A DNA stretch of 57,772 nucleotides. Source: a virus (taxonomy: Duplodnaviria; Caudoviricetes). Position numbers and translations under genes: made by a program. Location of the stretch: positions 1 through 57,772 of IMG/VR virus record IMGVR_UViG_3300032315_000416. One strand, 5' to 3'. Every line of letters begins with the position of its first letter. Position 1 is the stretch's first letter. Positions 1 through 11,311 of this stretch are shown one piece after another. Under the pieces are notes generated by a model. That model did no database searches, had not been told where the DNA came from, and saw only the letters and a program-made list of their open reading frames with translations.

Positions 1-1
1 G

Positions 2-931
2 GACGAGATTAACGAGGCAATACCAGTTGTCTTTGGGGCTGGGGTGGGTTCGATGCTTCAACTCTCCTCTCTCGTCAGAAGTGCAATTGTGGCTCCTCCA
101 ACAAAAACCTTCGTTGACGTGGATTTTAGTTCAATTGAAAACCGAGTGGGGGTTTGGCTCGCAGGACAGAACGACAAAGTCGAACTGTTCCGGGAAGGAC
201 TAGATGAGTACAAAGTTTTCGCTTCGACGTCTTTGTATCGTGTGCCATACGAAGATGTTACGAAGGATCAGAGACAGATTGCGAAATCAGCAGTCCTCGG
301 CGCAATGTTTGGCCAAGGAGCCAAAGGGCTGGTTAAGTACGCTGAGGGAATGGGGGTCACGATAAATGAAACCAAAGCAAAGGCTGCGGTAAACAGTTAC
401 CGAAACTCTTACTCTAAAGTAAAGGATTTGTGGTATGCATGCGAAGACGCCGCAATCAAAGCAATAGACACGCCAGGTATTACATACAAAGTTGGGACTA
501 AGCTAGCACTCTGGACTAAGAAAAACGTACTGTGGTTAAAGTTGCCCAGTGGTCGCCATATCTGTTGGCAAGGGCCACAGTTCGAGCTGGTCACCACTCC
601 ATGGGGCGAGGAGAAAATGGGAGTTACTGTCCACTCCCAGAGCACCTACACCCGCCAATGGGGCCGTAACTCGCTTATCGGCAGCTCCATCTTCCAATCC
701 GCCGTACAAGGAACTGCTAGAGATTTTCTCGCAGATGCGACGCTCAATATTACGAAGTTCGGTTATGAAGTTATCAACTTGATCCATGACGAGGTGTTAC
801 TCCTAGTTGATGAAGCTGGTAGTGAGGCTGCTTTGGAAGACGTGATGAAGATCATGACAACACCACCTGCTTGGGCTTCTGACTTCCCCCTAGCTGCAGA
901 GGGATGGGTCAATAAGCGCTACAAGAAGTGA
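2..931 (+). CDS. Family A DNA polymerase, C-terminal part (5' truncated by the window edge)
   Basis: Motif A DFSSIENRV, motif B RQIAKSAVLGAMFG, motif C IHDEVLL. The frame is open back to position 2. Confidence 0.92.
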   Translation, partial: DEINEAIPVVFGAGVGSMLQLSSLVRSAIVAPPTKTFVDVDFSSIENRVGVWLAGQNDKVELFREGLDEYKVFASTSLYRVPYEDVTKDQRQIAKSAVLGAMFGQGAKGLVKYAEGMGVTINETKAKAAVNSYRNSYSKVKDLWYACEDAAIKAIDTPGITYKVGTKLALWTKKNVLWLKLPSGRHICWQGPQFELVTTPWGEEKMGVTVHSQSTYTRQWGRNSLIGSSIFQSAVQGTARDFLADATLNITKFGYEVINLIHDEVLLLVDEAGSEAALEDVMKIMTTPPAWASDFPLAAEGWVNKRYKK

Positions 932-2005
932 TTACCGAATGCCGGTCAATCCACCCGGCATCATCATTGGATTCATTGGTTGCCCTTGTTGTTGCTGAGG
1001 ACCACCAATACTTAATGACGCACCGCCAGCTAATGGCATGTTGTACGTAGCATCTAACCCACCAACCAGTCCACCTTGGGCCATCGGCACAGGCATTTGC
1101 TGCTCTTGTGGTTGCTGTGGTTGCTGTGCTTTTTGTTTTAAGTAATCTAAGTATGCATTCAGTAATTCAGCACCAGCACCAATAGCCGCTCCACCATAAC
1201 GGGTAACTGGATGTGGTACTAAACTCAATCCACTTCCGATGGCCCCTACAGTACTAATTGCACCACCAAGATTGTCGTCTTGTGCAAATCTATTGTACGC
1301 ATCAACACCTTGCATACCAGCAAAGCCACCAGCCACACCACGGCCCACCACAGGACCTACAGCACCCACAACGGGTAGCCTATAGTTTGCAATACCACTA
1401 CCAAACGCGGCAGCCTTTGCAGGTATTTGGGAAACCGCTTGGCGAACTTTCTGACCCATTGGCATGGCTTTAGCTTCAGCTGCTAAGGCTTCTGGACGAA
1501 CCAGTACACCAGTAGGTGTTGCGCCATAACCAACGGTATCCGCGGCAGCAGCAATCTTTTTAGGATTAAGAATGCCTTTTTCGGATAGCTCTTGCAATAC
1601 TTTTTTCTGTGCGTCTGCGCGTTCTTTTACACCATGTGTAAACTCATTATATGCGGTCTGTCTAGCGCGCCCCGTGGTGCCAGAGTCTTCATCGATACCG
1701 CCCTGAATAAGACGCTCAAAAGCGGATCTTTCAGCCGGTATTTTATCAAACGCACCTACCACTGGTACACCAGCGCCAACTTTAGAAGCTGCCTTCACAC
1801 CAGTTCTTGCAATTGGCACACCTAAAGCGCCCGCAGTAGCACCGACTGCTGCGCCACCTAAAGAACTTTTTAAATCGCGCGGGTCAAGCCCTTCTTCTGC
1901 AGGAAGACTTTCTAAATAGGCTGTTAACTTTTGAACATCTTCAGTACGACCTTCTTTATCGGCATTTTTAATTGCTTCATAAACTTCAGAAAGATCGCGA
2001 CTCAT
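932..2005 (-). CDS. Putative internal virion/ejection protein
   Basis: Gly/Ala-rich hydrophobic segments; last gene of the late arm, after other ejection-like genes; C-terminal MAQGGLV motif. Confidence 0.55.
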   Translation of the reverse strand: MSRDLSEVYEAIKNADKEGRTEDVQKLTAYLESLPAEEGLDPRDLKSSLGGAAVGATAGALGVPIARTGVKAASKVGAGVPVVGAFDKIPAERSAFERLIQGGIDEDSGTTGRARQTAYNEFTHGVKERADAQKKVLQELSEKGILNPKKIAAAADTVGYGATPTGVLVRPEALAAEAKAMPMGQKVRQAVSQIPAKAAAFGSGIANYRLPVVGAVGPVVGRGVAGGFAGMQGVDAYNRFAQDDNLGGAISTVGAIGSGLSLVPHPVTRYGGAAIGAGAELLNAYLDYLKQKAQQPQQPQEQQMPVPMAQGGLVGGLDATYNMPLAGGASLSIGGPQQQQGQPMNPMMMPGGLTGIR

Positions 2006-3918
2006 GGTTTTGCCCCTGGTTTATTTCTATCTATAGCGTCTTGAACTTCTTTTGGATACACTGGCTTTTTACCACCCGCCGCAGCACGCTGTTTTGTAAA
2101 GTCAACTTTTTCATTTAGGATTTCAGTTAACTCTGCGCGGTACTGTTTGTTCAACGCCGCTATTCTTGTGTCCTCTTTTAGGAATTTACGGAAGTTTTTA
2201 GTTTCGTCGTCGCTAGATGCTTTATAAATTTTACCAAGCTCATCATTCTTTCTTGCAATAGCCTCGAGCATCTTGGCTTTTTTGTAGATAGCTTCGGATG
2301 GATCTTTAATACTACTAGAAGCACGCGCTAAAATTTCACGTTCGCCTTCAGTAATCTGACCTTGACCTTTAATTAACTTAGCCGCTTGCAATTCAATACG
2401 AGCCAAGTAAGTAATTAACTCATTACGCTCACCTAAACTTTGACGTGTGGTGGTTGGCAGAGATCTATAAATAGCCTCCTCGATATCAGCAATACCAAAA
2501 TTGCCGATACCTTTTTCCAGTACTTTTGCTACTGCAGGGCCAATACCCGGGGCTTGAAGAACACCAGCGATCGTTGGATCATTTTTAACTAAGTCTTGAA
2601 CACGTTTAGCAGTAACTAAACTATCAGTTACTGTTGTCGAATCTGTATCAGCTTCAAACTCAACACGCTTGGCTTCACTAGATTTAGCACGCTCTCTAGC
2701 ACTGGTCACACCCTCTTCTTTAGCAATCTCTTCCGCTGCTTTAATTTCAGGAAGAGTTGGCTCGCGCCTTGGAGCCACATTAGCTGCCGCAGCTGCGGTA
2801 GTTGTTGGTGCTGGGTAGTTACCAGATTCAAATTTAGTTATTGCAGCTTTTGCTTTGCCAATAGCTTCAGGAGTGTTTGGAATTTTATCAGTTACGTCGA
2901 TTCCAATTGCATTTGCTATGGCTTTAGCATAATTTTTAGTAGACTCTACTGTATTGCCTGTAGCTGTAGCGGGGGCCCAAGTTTCAGCTAATAAAGCTGG
3001 GCTTATGAAATCACCAACTTGAGAACCAAAACGCTCTTTAATAATTGGGCTTTTACCAGATATTTTTAGTTCTAAATCTTTTTGTAACGCTTTATCACCT
3101 TCTTCAGGTGTGGCAAACACTTTAATTTTACCAGTTGCCGTATCCACGATATTACCTGGATTGTTATTACGAACGCTAAGCGGAACATTTGCTGCAGGAG
3201 CAGACGTAACGACTGGAGCAAAGTTTTCTGCTTGTGCTAAGATTTTTTGATTGCGTGGAAGGCTTGGATTTTTCTTTGCCAATTCGACTGCATCACGCAA
3301 AGTAATCAGTTCTTCACGGCCACCGATTGCATATGGAACCAATTTATCTAGCTCTACGCTAGCTTGCCGTTTAGCTTGTTCGCCCGCTGCTATTTTTAAA
3401 TACTCTTGTCTTACGGCAAGTGCGTTAGGCCCAGCTAATTTTTCACGTTGTAATTGCTCGGGCGGAATAAATACGCCTGTACTCGGATCTGTAAATCCTT
3501 GAGTAATTTGACCACTACCACCCGCACCGCCTGCGCCAGGGGAAACGGAAGCATACAGTCTTGCATCTTGCTCTGCCTTAGCCTGCGCAGCTCGGAATGC
3601 AGCCATCTTTTCTTGCATACCCATTGTGTCAGCTTCTTCGAGCTGCCGTTGACGTCGTACTGCAGTTAACGCTGCAGATGGACCTTGCTCACCGCCAGCA
3701 CCCCAAGCAGACGCTTCTTGCAGGCCGCCTAAGAAGGTGCTCATTGGACCGGTGCGCTTGTCAATCAGCGCTTGCATATTAGCCAATATACTTTCTGTTT
3801 GCTCAGGCCCCAAGCTAGTTGTTCCAGCGGGCGTTACACCAGTTTTGGATTTAGCAGTAGTCACTGGCACTGATGCCGCACTGCCACCTTCGTCAAAATA
3901 CGATAGTCCGTTTTTCAT
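2002..3918 (-). CDS. Putative ejection protein with a lysozyme-like (NNPGNI) domain
   Basis: RNNNPGNI...F.TPEEG...WAP...N...YAK...ITKFESG pattern typical of virion-associated muralytic domains; helical C-terminus. Confidence 0.6.
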   Translation of the reverse strand: MKNGLSYFDEGGSAASVPVTTAKSKTGVTPAGTTSLGPEQTESILANMQALIDKRTGPMSTFLGGLQEASAWGAGGEQGPSAALTAVRRQRQLEEADTMGMQEKMAAFRAAQAKAEQDARLYASVSPGAGGAGGSGQITQGFTDPSTGVFIPPEQLQREKLAGPNALAVRQEYLKIAAGEQAKRQASVELDKLVPYAIGGREELITLRDAVELAKKNPSLPRNQKILAQAENFAPVVTSAPAANVPLSVRNNNPGNIVDTATGKIKVFATPEEGDKALQKDLELKISGKSPIIKERFGSQVGDFISPALLAETWAPATATGNTVESTKNYAKAIANAIGIDVTDKIPNTPEAIGKAKAAITKFESGNYPAPTTTAAAAANVAPRREPTLPEIKAAEEIAKEEGVTSARERAKSSEAKRVEFEADTDSTTVTDSLVTAKRVQDLVKNDPTIAGVLQAPGIGPAVAKVLEKGIGNFGIADIEEAIYRSLPTTTRQSLGERNELITYLARIELQAAKLIKGQGQITEGEREILARASSSIKDPSEAIYKKAKMLEAIARKNDELGKIYKASSDDETKNFRKFLKEDTRIAALNKQYRAELTEILNEKVDFTKQRAAAGGKKPVYPKEVQDAIDRNKPGAKP

Positions 3919-3924
3919 ATTATT

Positions 3925-4839
3925 TTATATAACTCTATCAAAATAAAATTCATCATTAGTCCCAGTTTGGGTATTGCCGTCTGCATCGGTATATGTGTAA
4001 TCAGTTGTTGGCGGGTTCATTAATGTATCCGTACTTTCCGCACCCGTTGGAGTAAAATTGCTACCAGAAAATAATCTTCCTAAAACACCACCCAAACCAC
4101 CATAACCGCTTAGTGCTTGATTAATAGCATTGTATCCTGCGCTTCCAGCGGTAGCCAAACTACCTAATGTATTGAGTGGCGACAATTGTGTTCTGTTTGC
4201 GACTGTGGTAGGAGCCTGAATACCACCAACAATTTTACCATAATTTGCCGCTGCGGTAAAGGGATCCGACTGTTGCGCTTGACCTAATGTAGTCATTGAA
4301 GCGGTGCCTTGCTGACCCACATTGCCTAGTCCAGTAGCCGCGGATACACCAGTCTGCTGGTTCTGTAATGCAGCTTGCATTTGCTGAGCAAACAGTTGCG
4401 CTTGTGCGTCAGCCATGGCTTTGTTAACTGCGGTTTCACCGCGTAAACTACCGTAGTTACCGCCAGCAATATTAGCTCCCTGAACTGGAGCACGAACGTT
4501 TGGCATCAACTGGTTTAGCTGTTGGTTCTGGGCTTGAAACAAACCACCCATTGCAGTGCCAGTGTTTGGCGTTACTTGACCAGTTGCTGTATCTGTAATC
4601 CAAGGGTTGGCGGCGCCAGAAGATATCTGTCCTAGTGTGCCCTGAGCTTGAAAAAACGGATTGTTTGGTCCTTGCAGGTTGTTAATAGCTTGACCAGCCA
4701 CTGTGTTTTGCAGTGAAGGTGCTGCACCGGCAGCAGTACCAGCTTGGCTAACAATGTTCTGCTGCGCGGTATCATACCACGCCGGCATTGATGTAGTTTG
4801 ATTAGCTGTATTTGTAATTAGATCTGATAGTCCGGCCAT
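3925..4839 (-). CDS. Putative DNA transfer/pilot (ejection) protein
   Basis: Q/G/A-rich with a GGNYGSLRG motif; lies in the ejection-gene cluster. Confidence 0.55.
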   Translation of the reverse strand: MAGLSDLITNTANQTTSMPAWYDTAQQNIVSQAGTAAGAAPSLQNTVAGQAINNLQGPNNPFFQAQGTLGQISSGAANPWITDTATGQVTPNTGTAMGGLFQAQNQQLNQLMPNVRAPVQGANIAGGNYGSLRGETAVNKAMADAQAQLFAQQMQAALQNQQTGVSAATGLGNVGQQGTASMTTLGQAQQSDPFTAAANYGKIVGGIQAPTTVANRTQLSPLNTLGSLATAGSAGYNAINQALSGYGGLGGVLGRLFSGSNFTPTGAESTDTLMNPPTTDYTYTDADGNTQTGTNDEFYFDRVI

Positions 4840-4841
4840 GA

Positions 4842-7800
4842 TTATGCTCTCTTTTTAGCTTCAAGTAAATATGCAAGGGGCCCTTTTGAATCTGGGGGCA
4901 ACTCTTTTGAATCGTGATTCTGTCTGTGTTCGCGAATAGTCTGTAAAAATTGGTCTAGTACACCCGCACCAGCTTCGTTACTACCATTACCTAATGCGGC
5001 CACAACGTCAGCTGGAATAACAAACTCACCATTGGCGAGCATTGCCGGCACTTCATCGCTAGTACCATTTCCTTCTCCGTTAACGTAACGGTTCTCCAAG
5101 GATCCCAAACCACCTTCACTAAAGAACTGTGGATTGTGGCCTTCTATAGAGCCACCTTTTGCCACAAATTTTGGATTGTATCCAGGTAAATTATAATCTA
5201 CATTTCGTTTTGTCATGCCAACTTTTAGTTTAGGCATTTTTAAGCTAGAGCCAACAAATGGCGAGGCAGACGGATCAGAAATACCCGCGCTGTCTGATGT
5301 GCCGTAGTTTGAAGTTGATAAACCAAATGGGTCGTATTGTGTTGCCACTGCGCCTCCTGTAGCCATCTTAAATTGTCCGGCTAATTGATAATCTGTTCTA
5401 GCTTTAGTTAAGCCAGGTGTTAAGTCGTAAATGCCTGTTGTATCTTGCGAGGCTTGAGCCGCCCGCATTTGCGGTATTGTTACTGGTCTTGTTGTACCCG
5501 TTACGCCCGTTACGCCTGTGCCAGATCCTGTTACGCCTGTGCCAGATCCTGTTACGCCTGTGCCAGATCCTGTTACGCCAGTACCCGTTACGCCAGTACC
5601 CGTTACACCCATACCAGATCCGTCTGTACCCGTTACACCCATACCAGATCCGTCTGTACCCGTAACGCCTGTGCCCGTACCTGTACCTGTTACGCCTGTA
5701 CCTGTTACGCCTGTACCTGTTACGCCTGTACCTGTTACGCCTGTACCTGTTACGCCTGTTACGCGTGTGCCGGTTACGCCCGTGGTACCTGTTACGCCTG
5801 TTGTGCGGGAGCCTGTTATTATTTTTTTTAAGTCCGCTTGGTTTATTCCTGTTGCAGATGAAACTTTACTAAATGCAATATTAGCGGGGACTCCGGCGGA
5901 TAAGAGTACGCTTATTAAATTAAGCGATTCTGTAACACCCTGCATTTGCGAATCAAATTGTTTATCTAAAAGACTTAAACTCTTATTGTATTCTTCTTGT
6001 GTTATTTCTTTACTTTGTAACTCATTATCTAATTGAGTTTTTTCTTCAGCATACTGTTGTAAATTTAACGTGGGTGTAAATTTTGTTGCTGTAACTACTA
6101 CACCTTGGGACAAATCTTGCTGTTCCGCTTTTTCAACATCCGCTTTTAAGTCCGTTGCAACTTTTGGTAAATTGATAAACGTATTGGTGCCCGGTATTTT
6201 TCCGCTTTCACCAAAAATAATACTTCCGGACATGTCTGCCTGTAAAGACGAACCCTCACCAATCATTGAGCTTGTGTCGGCAAGTATAGCTTTTACTTGA
6301 TCAGCCGGAATACCAAAAAAAGTTTCAGAATCGGCCGAGCTCAATGTATCTAAAGTTAAACTACTCGGGCTAACCGTTGAGCTCTGATCACTGCTTGTGT
6401 ATGGTTGTCCTGTAGCCGGGTTAATATTTGAAGCTGTTGCACTTGTTGCACCTTTTGCACTAGCAACACTGAGTAATTTACTTGGATCAGTGAACTGACT
6501 GATCAGGTTATTCATAATCTGTTCTTGATTCTTGCCGCTCAATGCAGATGTTGCTACGGTGCTACCAGCGATCTGTGTTGCCCGTGCAATCTTAGCCATT
6601 ACGTCTGGTGTTATTCCGGAGTCTTTTAATGCAGTTGTAATGGTACTTACCGCACCTTGACTAATGCCGTTGGAAGCCAAAGAAGTAGCAAATGTTTTAA
6701 AAATTTGATCCCCGTTTGCCCCGTTAACAGCGCTACCCACGGTAGTTGCTAGGGTTGTAGCAACGATACTGCCAATTTGTTGTGGGGTATAAAAACCGCC
6801 AGATGCGTCTGAAATATCTTTAATTGTGCTGGCCATCGGGCCACTGCTCATTAGGGGCTGCATGGCGGATGTTATACCACCAACTGCTGCGCCAGTCAGC
6901 GCGCCCTTAGTAGCGTCTCCACCAGCTGCTGCAGCGTTTAGTGCACCCATGGTAGCGCCAACAATAATACCGCCACCAATAACCGCCGCTGTTCCAGTGC
7001 CCAAACCTACAGCACTACCGACAGTAGCCGCCAAACCACCACTTGCAGCGAACGAACCACCTGCTGTTGCTGCAGCTAATGCCATACTGCCTACAAACAT
7101 AGGGCCTTGTGCGTAATAACCGAAGCCGTAATCTTTTGAACGATAGACGTCCAAGTTTTGCATACCACCGTGGGCTGTTGGCGCACTAATTGGAATTAGC
7201 TTGTCACCAGACCGCTTATAAAACGCAGTGTCAAAACTTTGAGCGCCGCCTTCTCGAGCCCTACCCGGGGTTAATGAGTCTCCGGTGTACATATATATGT
7301 CTTTAGCGGCTTGGTTAATGGCGTCGTACACTTCATGATCACGACTAATGGTGTTCATTACGGGCTGCCCGTCTGAACTAAAAATTGGATCGCCCGCTCT
7401 TGCGATGAATTGGCCCGATTCGGGATCAATTCTGTCAGTCGGTTCTGTTGCTTGGACCTGTTTGTCTTTAAACTGTGACGGGTCAATGCCTACTAGCCGA
7501 GCGGCTTCGTTTAGCCCATCGTAGGTCTTATTACCCGCATGATCTACCAACACAGTAACGCCAATGGCGTCGGCACCCCTAGCAAGTTTACCACTAAACG
7601 AATTGCTTGACCAACCTAGATCACTAACTAAATTACCGTTACCATGAGAAAAGTCTGATACTGAGCCGCCGTTGGCAGAACCTAAAAGGCGATCTGCAGT
7701 TGCTGCGCTAAGAATTGGAACTTTAGCGCCGTTAATAGTAACAGTACCATACTGCCCATACACCGTACGGTCAGTACGAACAAAATCTGCATCCGAGCCT

Positions 7801-8849
7801 GTAAGGGGCGTTAACTGCTCCCACAACGCACGGTTTTCAGCTTTTAATTTGGCGCCAAGCACCGGGTCTAATGCAATCTGTTTGTACACCTCACGCAGGT
7901 TATCGTCTTGTGTGGCTACAGTATTTGTGCCCTCTACCATGCGATTTGGATTTAAAACTAATTTTGTGTACTCGGCTAATTGTTGCGGCGTTAGCTGACT
8001 AACAATATTTTTACCTAGTGTAGCTTCAAGCAATGCTGTAACACCAGGTTGGCTAAAGCTAACACTCTCGCCCGATTGCGCAATCTCTTGAGCAATTTGT
8101 GCTTTTGTTTTACCAGCGGCTAATTGCTCTTGCCAATACTTTAAACCAGCGGCGTCAGGCGCACGACCCAAGTACTCCATGTATTCTTGGGCGACGATAC
8201 CCTCTGGACTATTTTGAATAGACTTAACAATTTGATCTATGGGAACACCATTTGCAGCTTGTTGCTGCCAGTATTGCATCCCTAACGGATCTGGGGAACG
8301 GCCTAGACTTTGGTACGCTTGAGCAATTTGTGCATTAGGGCTAGTTGTCGACTCTTTTGAAAGAACCATTTCAGCACGAATTTTTTCTATTGGTATACCC
8401 TTATCAAGCTGACTCTGCCAATAAGTTAAGCCCCCTTGATCCGGCGCACGACCTAAAACATCTCGGTATAAACCGGTGACGCCGGTGACACCAGTGACGC
8501 CAAAAATATCAGTTACATTGGGAGCACCCGTAACACCAGCTACCGCGTTAAAATTAGTATTGTTAGCTACATTAGTATTGCCGACAACATTAGTATTGTC
8601 GGCGACATTAGTATTGACAGCGCCAAGAATATTGGCTTGCTGTTTTGCCAACGCCTCTGGAGAATTTTGAAACGCATTTTTAATTTCATCTAACGAGGTG
8701 CCGGTATTATACCTGTTTTGCCAATAATCCAACCCGCCCGCATCTGGGGCACGATCAAAAACAGTTCGATACAAGTCAACAATAGGATTAGCCTGCTGTT
8801 GGCCTCCTGCAGATTGCTGTTGTGTCGTATCTAGGGTTTCTAGCGCCAT
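4842..8849 (-). CDS. Large virion/ejection protein with 4 DUF4214-like repeats, a hydrophobic core and GVTG repeats
   Basis: Four Y..LGRAPD..GL.YW repeats, a long Gly/Ala hydrophobic stretch, and a C-terminal [22 protein letters not shown] motif. Confidence 0.65.
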   Translation of the reverse strand: MALETLDTTQQQSAGGQQQANPIVDLYRTVFDRAPDAGGLDYWQNRYNTGTSLDEIKNAFQNSPEALAKQQANILGAVNTNVADNTNVVGNTNVANNTNFNAVAGVTGAPNVTDIFGVTGVTGVTGLYRDVLGRAPDQGGLTYWQSQLDKGIPIEKIRAEMVLSKESTTSPNAQIAQAYQSLGRSPDPLGMQYWQQQAANGVPIDQIVKSIQNSPEGIVAQEYMEYLGRAPDAAGLKYWQEQLAAGKTKAQIAQEIAQSGESVSFSQPGVTALLEATLGKNIVSQLTPQQLAEYTKLVLNPNRMVEGTNTVATQDDNLREVYKQIALDPVLGAKLKAENRALWEQLTPLTGSDADFVRTDRTVYGQYGTVTINGAKVPILSAATADRLLGSANGGSVSDFSHGNGNLVSDLGWSSNSFSGKLARGADAIGVTVLVDHAGNKTYDGLNEAARLVGIDPSQFKDKQVQATEPTDRIDPESGQFIARAGDPIFSSDGQPVMNTISRDHEVYDAINQAAKDIYMYTGDSLTPGRAREGGAQSFDTAFYKRSGDKLIPISAPTAHGGMQNLDVYRSKDYGFGYYAQGPMFVGSMALAAATAGGSFAASGGLAATVGSAVGLGTGTAAVIGGGIIVGATMGALNAAAAGGDATKGALTGAAVGGITSAMQPLMSSGPMASTIKDISDASGGFYTPQQIGSIVATTLATTVGSAVNGANGDQIFKTFATSLASNGISQGAVSTITTALKDSGITPDVMAKIARATQIAGSTVATSALSGKNQEQIMNNLISQFTDPSKLLSVASAKGATSATASNINPATGQPYTSSDQSSTVSPSSLTLDTLSSADSETFFGIPADQVKAILADTSSMIGEGSSLQADMSGSIIFGESGKIPGTNTFINLPKVATDLKADVEKAEQQDLSQGVVVTATKFTPTLNLQQYAEEKTQLDNELQSKEITQEEYNKSLSLLDKQFDSQMQGVTESLNLISVLLSAGVPANIAFSKVSSATGINQADLKKIITGSRTTGVTGTTGVTGTRVTGVTGTGVTGTGVTGTGVTGTGVTGTGTGTGVTGTDGSGMGVTGTDGSGMGVTGTGVTGTGVTGSGTGVTGSGTGVTGSGTGVTGVTGTTRPVTIPQMRAAQASQDTTGIYDLTPGLTKARTDYQLAGQFKMATGGAVATQYDPFGLSTSNYGTSDSAGISDPSASPFVGSSLKMPKLKVGMTKRNVDYNLPGYNPKFVAKGGSIEGHNPQFFSEGGLGSLENRYVNGEGNGTSDEVPAMLANGEFVIPADVVAALGNGSNEAGAGVLDQFLQTIREHRQNHDSKELPPDSKGPLAYLLEAKKRA
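5495..5800. repeat. Intragenic tandem repeats (15, 21 and 30 bp units) encoding GVTG(T/S)
   Basis: gtacctgttacgcct about 5 times, gttacgcctgtgccagatcct 3 times, and a 30-bp unit twice. Confidence 0.9.
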
Positions 8850-8876
8850 GGTCTTTAAGTAATTTGTCCTACATTA

Positions 8877-8906
8877 ACTAATGCAAAAAAGGGCGTAAAA
8901 ACGCCC
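8877..8906 (-). promoter_or_regulatory. Late promoter-like element 1 (GGGCG-N16-TGCATTAGT)
   Basis: One of 8 exactly spaced copies; upstream of the 4842-8849 gene; contains the hairpin GGGCGT-TTTT-ACGCCC followed by T6. Confidence 0.8.
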
Positions 8907-8909
8907 CTG

Positions 8910-9161
8910 TTATTGGGTTGGACCATTAATAATTTCAGTAAACTCATATGCCCAATCTTGCCAGTTTTCATATAGGGCTGGGTCTGGAACGGGATAACTT
9001 AAAAATGTTGATAACTGAGCCACGTTACTGGCGACTATTTTCCAGTCAATTTCTGGCAACGCTGGAATAGGTTCTTCACCGTAAAACATAACCAGATTAC
9101 CGTTCCAATCTTCCCAGCTCATAAAGTCTGGCACACATGGAAAAAAGGATTGAATAGCCAT
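8910..9161 (-). CDS. Hypothetical tail-region protein (83 aa)
   Basis: Translationally coupled to the upstream tail gene; Trp-rich. Confidence 0.7.
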   Translation of the reverse strand: MAIQSFFPCVPDFMSWEDWNGNLVMFYGEEPIPALPEIDWKIVASNVAQLSTFLSYPVPDPALYENWQDWAYEFTEIINGPTQ

Positions 9162-11311
9162 TATGGCCTTTCGTCACCGTACTCCGCGGTGATCAAAATG
9201 CGACCCATTTCGTAATTACCATCAATGGTGTTTGACTCAAACTTTAATCTAGCCTCTCTGTGCTCAACACGCATGTCAATCTTTGGTGTGTTCTCGTCAA
9301 AGGTAAACGGACCAGATATCTCTTCAGATTCACCACTAGCAAACTTACGGCCAATAACATCCAATGTCATTATACCGACCTGTACAAAGTCTGGCTCAAT
9401 ACGGCGTAAATGCATACGGCGGTTAACACCTTGAGCAGTATCTTGAGATGGTGTGCCACCAACCCAGCTAATATCGCATGTAGTAAAGCTAGACTGAATG
9501 GCGCTTTCATCCAAGAACGTAACCTTGTTAAGGCCAAACTCATGCTGCCAGATAGCGTACCCGCCAGTGACCATATAGAACAGTTGGCCAATGACTGGAT
9601 AAGGGTCGATTGGTGTTTCGACAGTAATTAACGTGCACCCTGGTAATGGATTGCCGCCGGTGTTGTACAAGAAAACAGCAGTGGTCACTTGGTACGCTGG
9701 GGCGTTGGGGGTGTTACTAAATGTTAAATAGTCGCCTGGACTAAACACTTGACTTTGGTCACCAGCGACATAAATTTGGGATGCTGTGGGCGCCACAAGT
9801 CCGGCTGGCGTAGCGATTGTTTTAAAACCTTGACTGAACTCTACGTTATAGTTCCAATCACACCATACGGGTGTTGGGAAAATCTCAGTGGTGTAACCGC
9901 AGGATCTTTGCGCTCCAGTTGCTTGACCGGCGTCGTACCAGATCTTATCTTTTACGTTATAGATAATTGCGTCAGTGCATTCTGTTGCGGTGTCGCGGGG
10001 ATAAAAGAACCAAATCTCATTGTAGCGTGGCACCTTGGTAGCCCACACTTTTTGGCGTTGTGTGTAGTTAAGGTTGTCAAACAGCCAGTTTACGTTTTTA
10101 TCATTTGGCACAACCGTAACAGAACCGTTGTATGCATAGAAACGGTCAACGCCCATCCAATAATATGTCCCATCCATCTCGACAACTGCCGCAGAAGACA
10201 TAATGGAGATTTGGCTGGAAACGATATCATAGCGCCAGTAGTTTGGGGCGGCGCCGGTGAATGATGTTCGGATTAAACTATCCAGCGCCCAGAATAAGCC
10301 AGATGGTGCGTTAGTACCGCCGCGTGTTGGCAGACCCTTGACTATTTTAGAGGCCGACATGTTTACTTGGTTTGCTAGGAGTCCGTTCCAATCTGTAGGC
10401 GTCTGATTTTCATAGACTGCGTCTACGTTGTTATTGGATATAAATCCATTTGATCCATAAGCAAAGATAAACGGATACAGACAGCAAACGCCACCATCTA
10501 CGCTGATAGGTAGATATGTAGGGTTCTGGCCAGTGCTGTCGGCTAAAACATTAAACGTCCACTGCGAATTAGAATTAGGCAGCGTGTCGCCGTAATAAAT
10601 TGGGGAGTTAACACCATTGTCAATGTTTTGCAGGTTTAAACCTGGATGTGCCAGTAACTTTAACGCGCCGCCTGACGGGTCGTACTGAAAGTCAAACTGC
10701 CATAGCAGCCGAGGATCCGGCTGGAAGTATTGATCATAGATCCAGACATTACTAATTACTACAGCGCCACCGACAGCAGGAGAGAAAGTTACTGTTGTGT
10801 TTGGTGTTGCAAAAGTAGATGCAGTTACTGTGTATACAGTCGGCGTACCGCTTTGAGTAAAGATTACCTTGGTACCGGGGGGGTACACGGACGTGTAGTT
10901 AATAGGTGTGGTTGCATTACTGTCAATAACAAACGTCGTAGTTGTGTTGGTGATGGTATCGCCGGTTATCGGAAACTTAGAATACCCCGGTATAAATATG
11001 GCGTTAAACGGACCACTACCAGCGCCTAGCGTAGTGCCAGTGGTAAAAACATCTAGCCCTACATTCGTACCAGCAAACGAGTAGTTTACGCCGTTGTATG
11101 GGTTTGTAATAAAGCCACGCGGGATACCGCTAAAGCTGTTAAACAACTGACGGTAGCCGCCCATCTTCTTAGGTGTGCCACGTTGAAAACGACACCACAC
11201 ACCATCACTGTACTCACGCGCTTCAAATACAGTACCGTCGCGTTTAATACCTTGGGTAACACCTAAAGTATGTACTTGACTGAACTGCGGATCGACTTGA
11301 CCAACAGCCAT
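9161..11311 (-). CDS. Tail hub/nozzle (P22 gp10-like or tubular protein B-like)
   Basis: 716 aa beta-rich protein; YNEIWFFYP...D..IIYN...W pattern; located after the adaptor genes. Confidence 0.65.
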   Translation of the reverse strand: MAVGQVDPQFSQVHTLGVTQGIKRDGTVFEAREYSDGVWCRFQRGTPKKMGGYRQLFNSFSGIPRGFITNPYNGVNYSFAGTNVGLDVFTTGTTLGAGSGPFNAIFIPGYSKFPITGDTITNTTTTFVIDSNATTPINYTSVYPPGTKVIFTQSGTPTVYTVTASTFATPNTTVTFSPAVGGAVVISNVWIYDQYFQPDPRLLWQFDFQYDPSGGALKLLAHPGLNLQNIDNGVNSPIYYGDTLPNSNSQWTFNVLADSTGQNPTYLPISVDGGVCCLYPFIFAYGSNGFISNNNVDAVYENQTPTDWNGLLANQVNMSASKIVKGLPTRGGTNAPSGLFWALDSLIRTSFTGAAPNYWRYDIVSSQISIMSSAAVVEMDGTYYWMGVDRFYAYNGSVTVVPNDKNVNWLFDNLNYTQRQKVWATKVPRYNEIWFFYPRDTATECTDAIIYNVKDKIWYDAGQATGAQRSCGYTTEIFPTPVWCDWNYNVEFSQGFKTIATPAGLVAPTASQIYVAGDQSQVFSPGDYLTFSNTPNAPAYQVTTAVFLYNTGGNPLPGCTLITVETPIDPYPVIGQLFYMVTGGYAIWQHEFGLNKVTFLDESAIQSSFTTCDISWVGGTPSQDTAQGVNRRMHLRRIEPDFVQVGIMTLDVIGRKFASGESEEISGPFTFDENTPKIDMRVEHREARLKFESNTIDGNYEMGRILITAEYGDERP

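Noticed and set aside
4842-5130. Tape measure protein call based on the GTSD..PAML.NGEFV motif
   Set aside because: The motif also occurs in other virion proteins, and no tail tube, tail chaperone pair or other long-tail genes were recognised.
5417-6036. Plus-strand repeat ORFs (PVT, CYAC, RLCQ types)
   Set aside because: They are antisense or alternative-frame products of the GVTG tandem repeat.
8877-8906. Sigma54 promoter interpretation of the TTGCA-containing motif
   Set aside because: There is no conserved TGGCAC at -24; the conserved GG lies too far from the GC for -24/-12 geometry.
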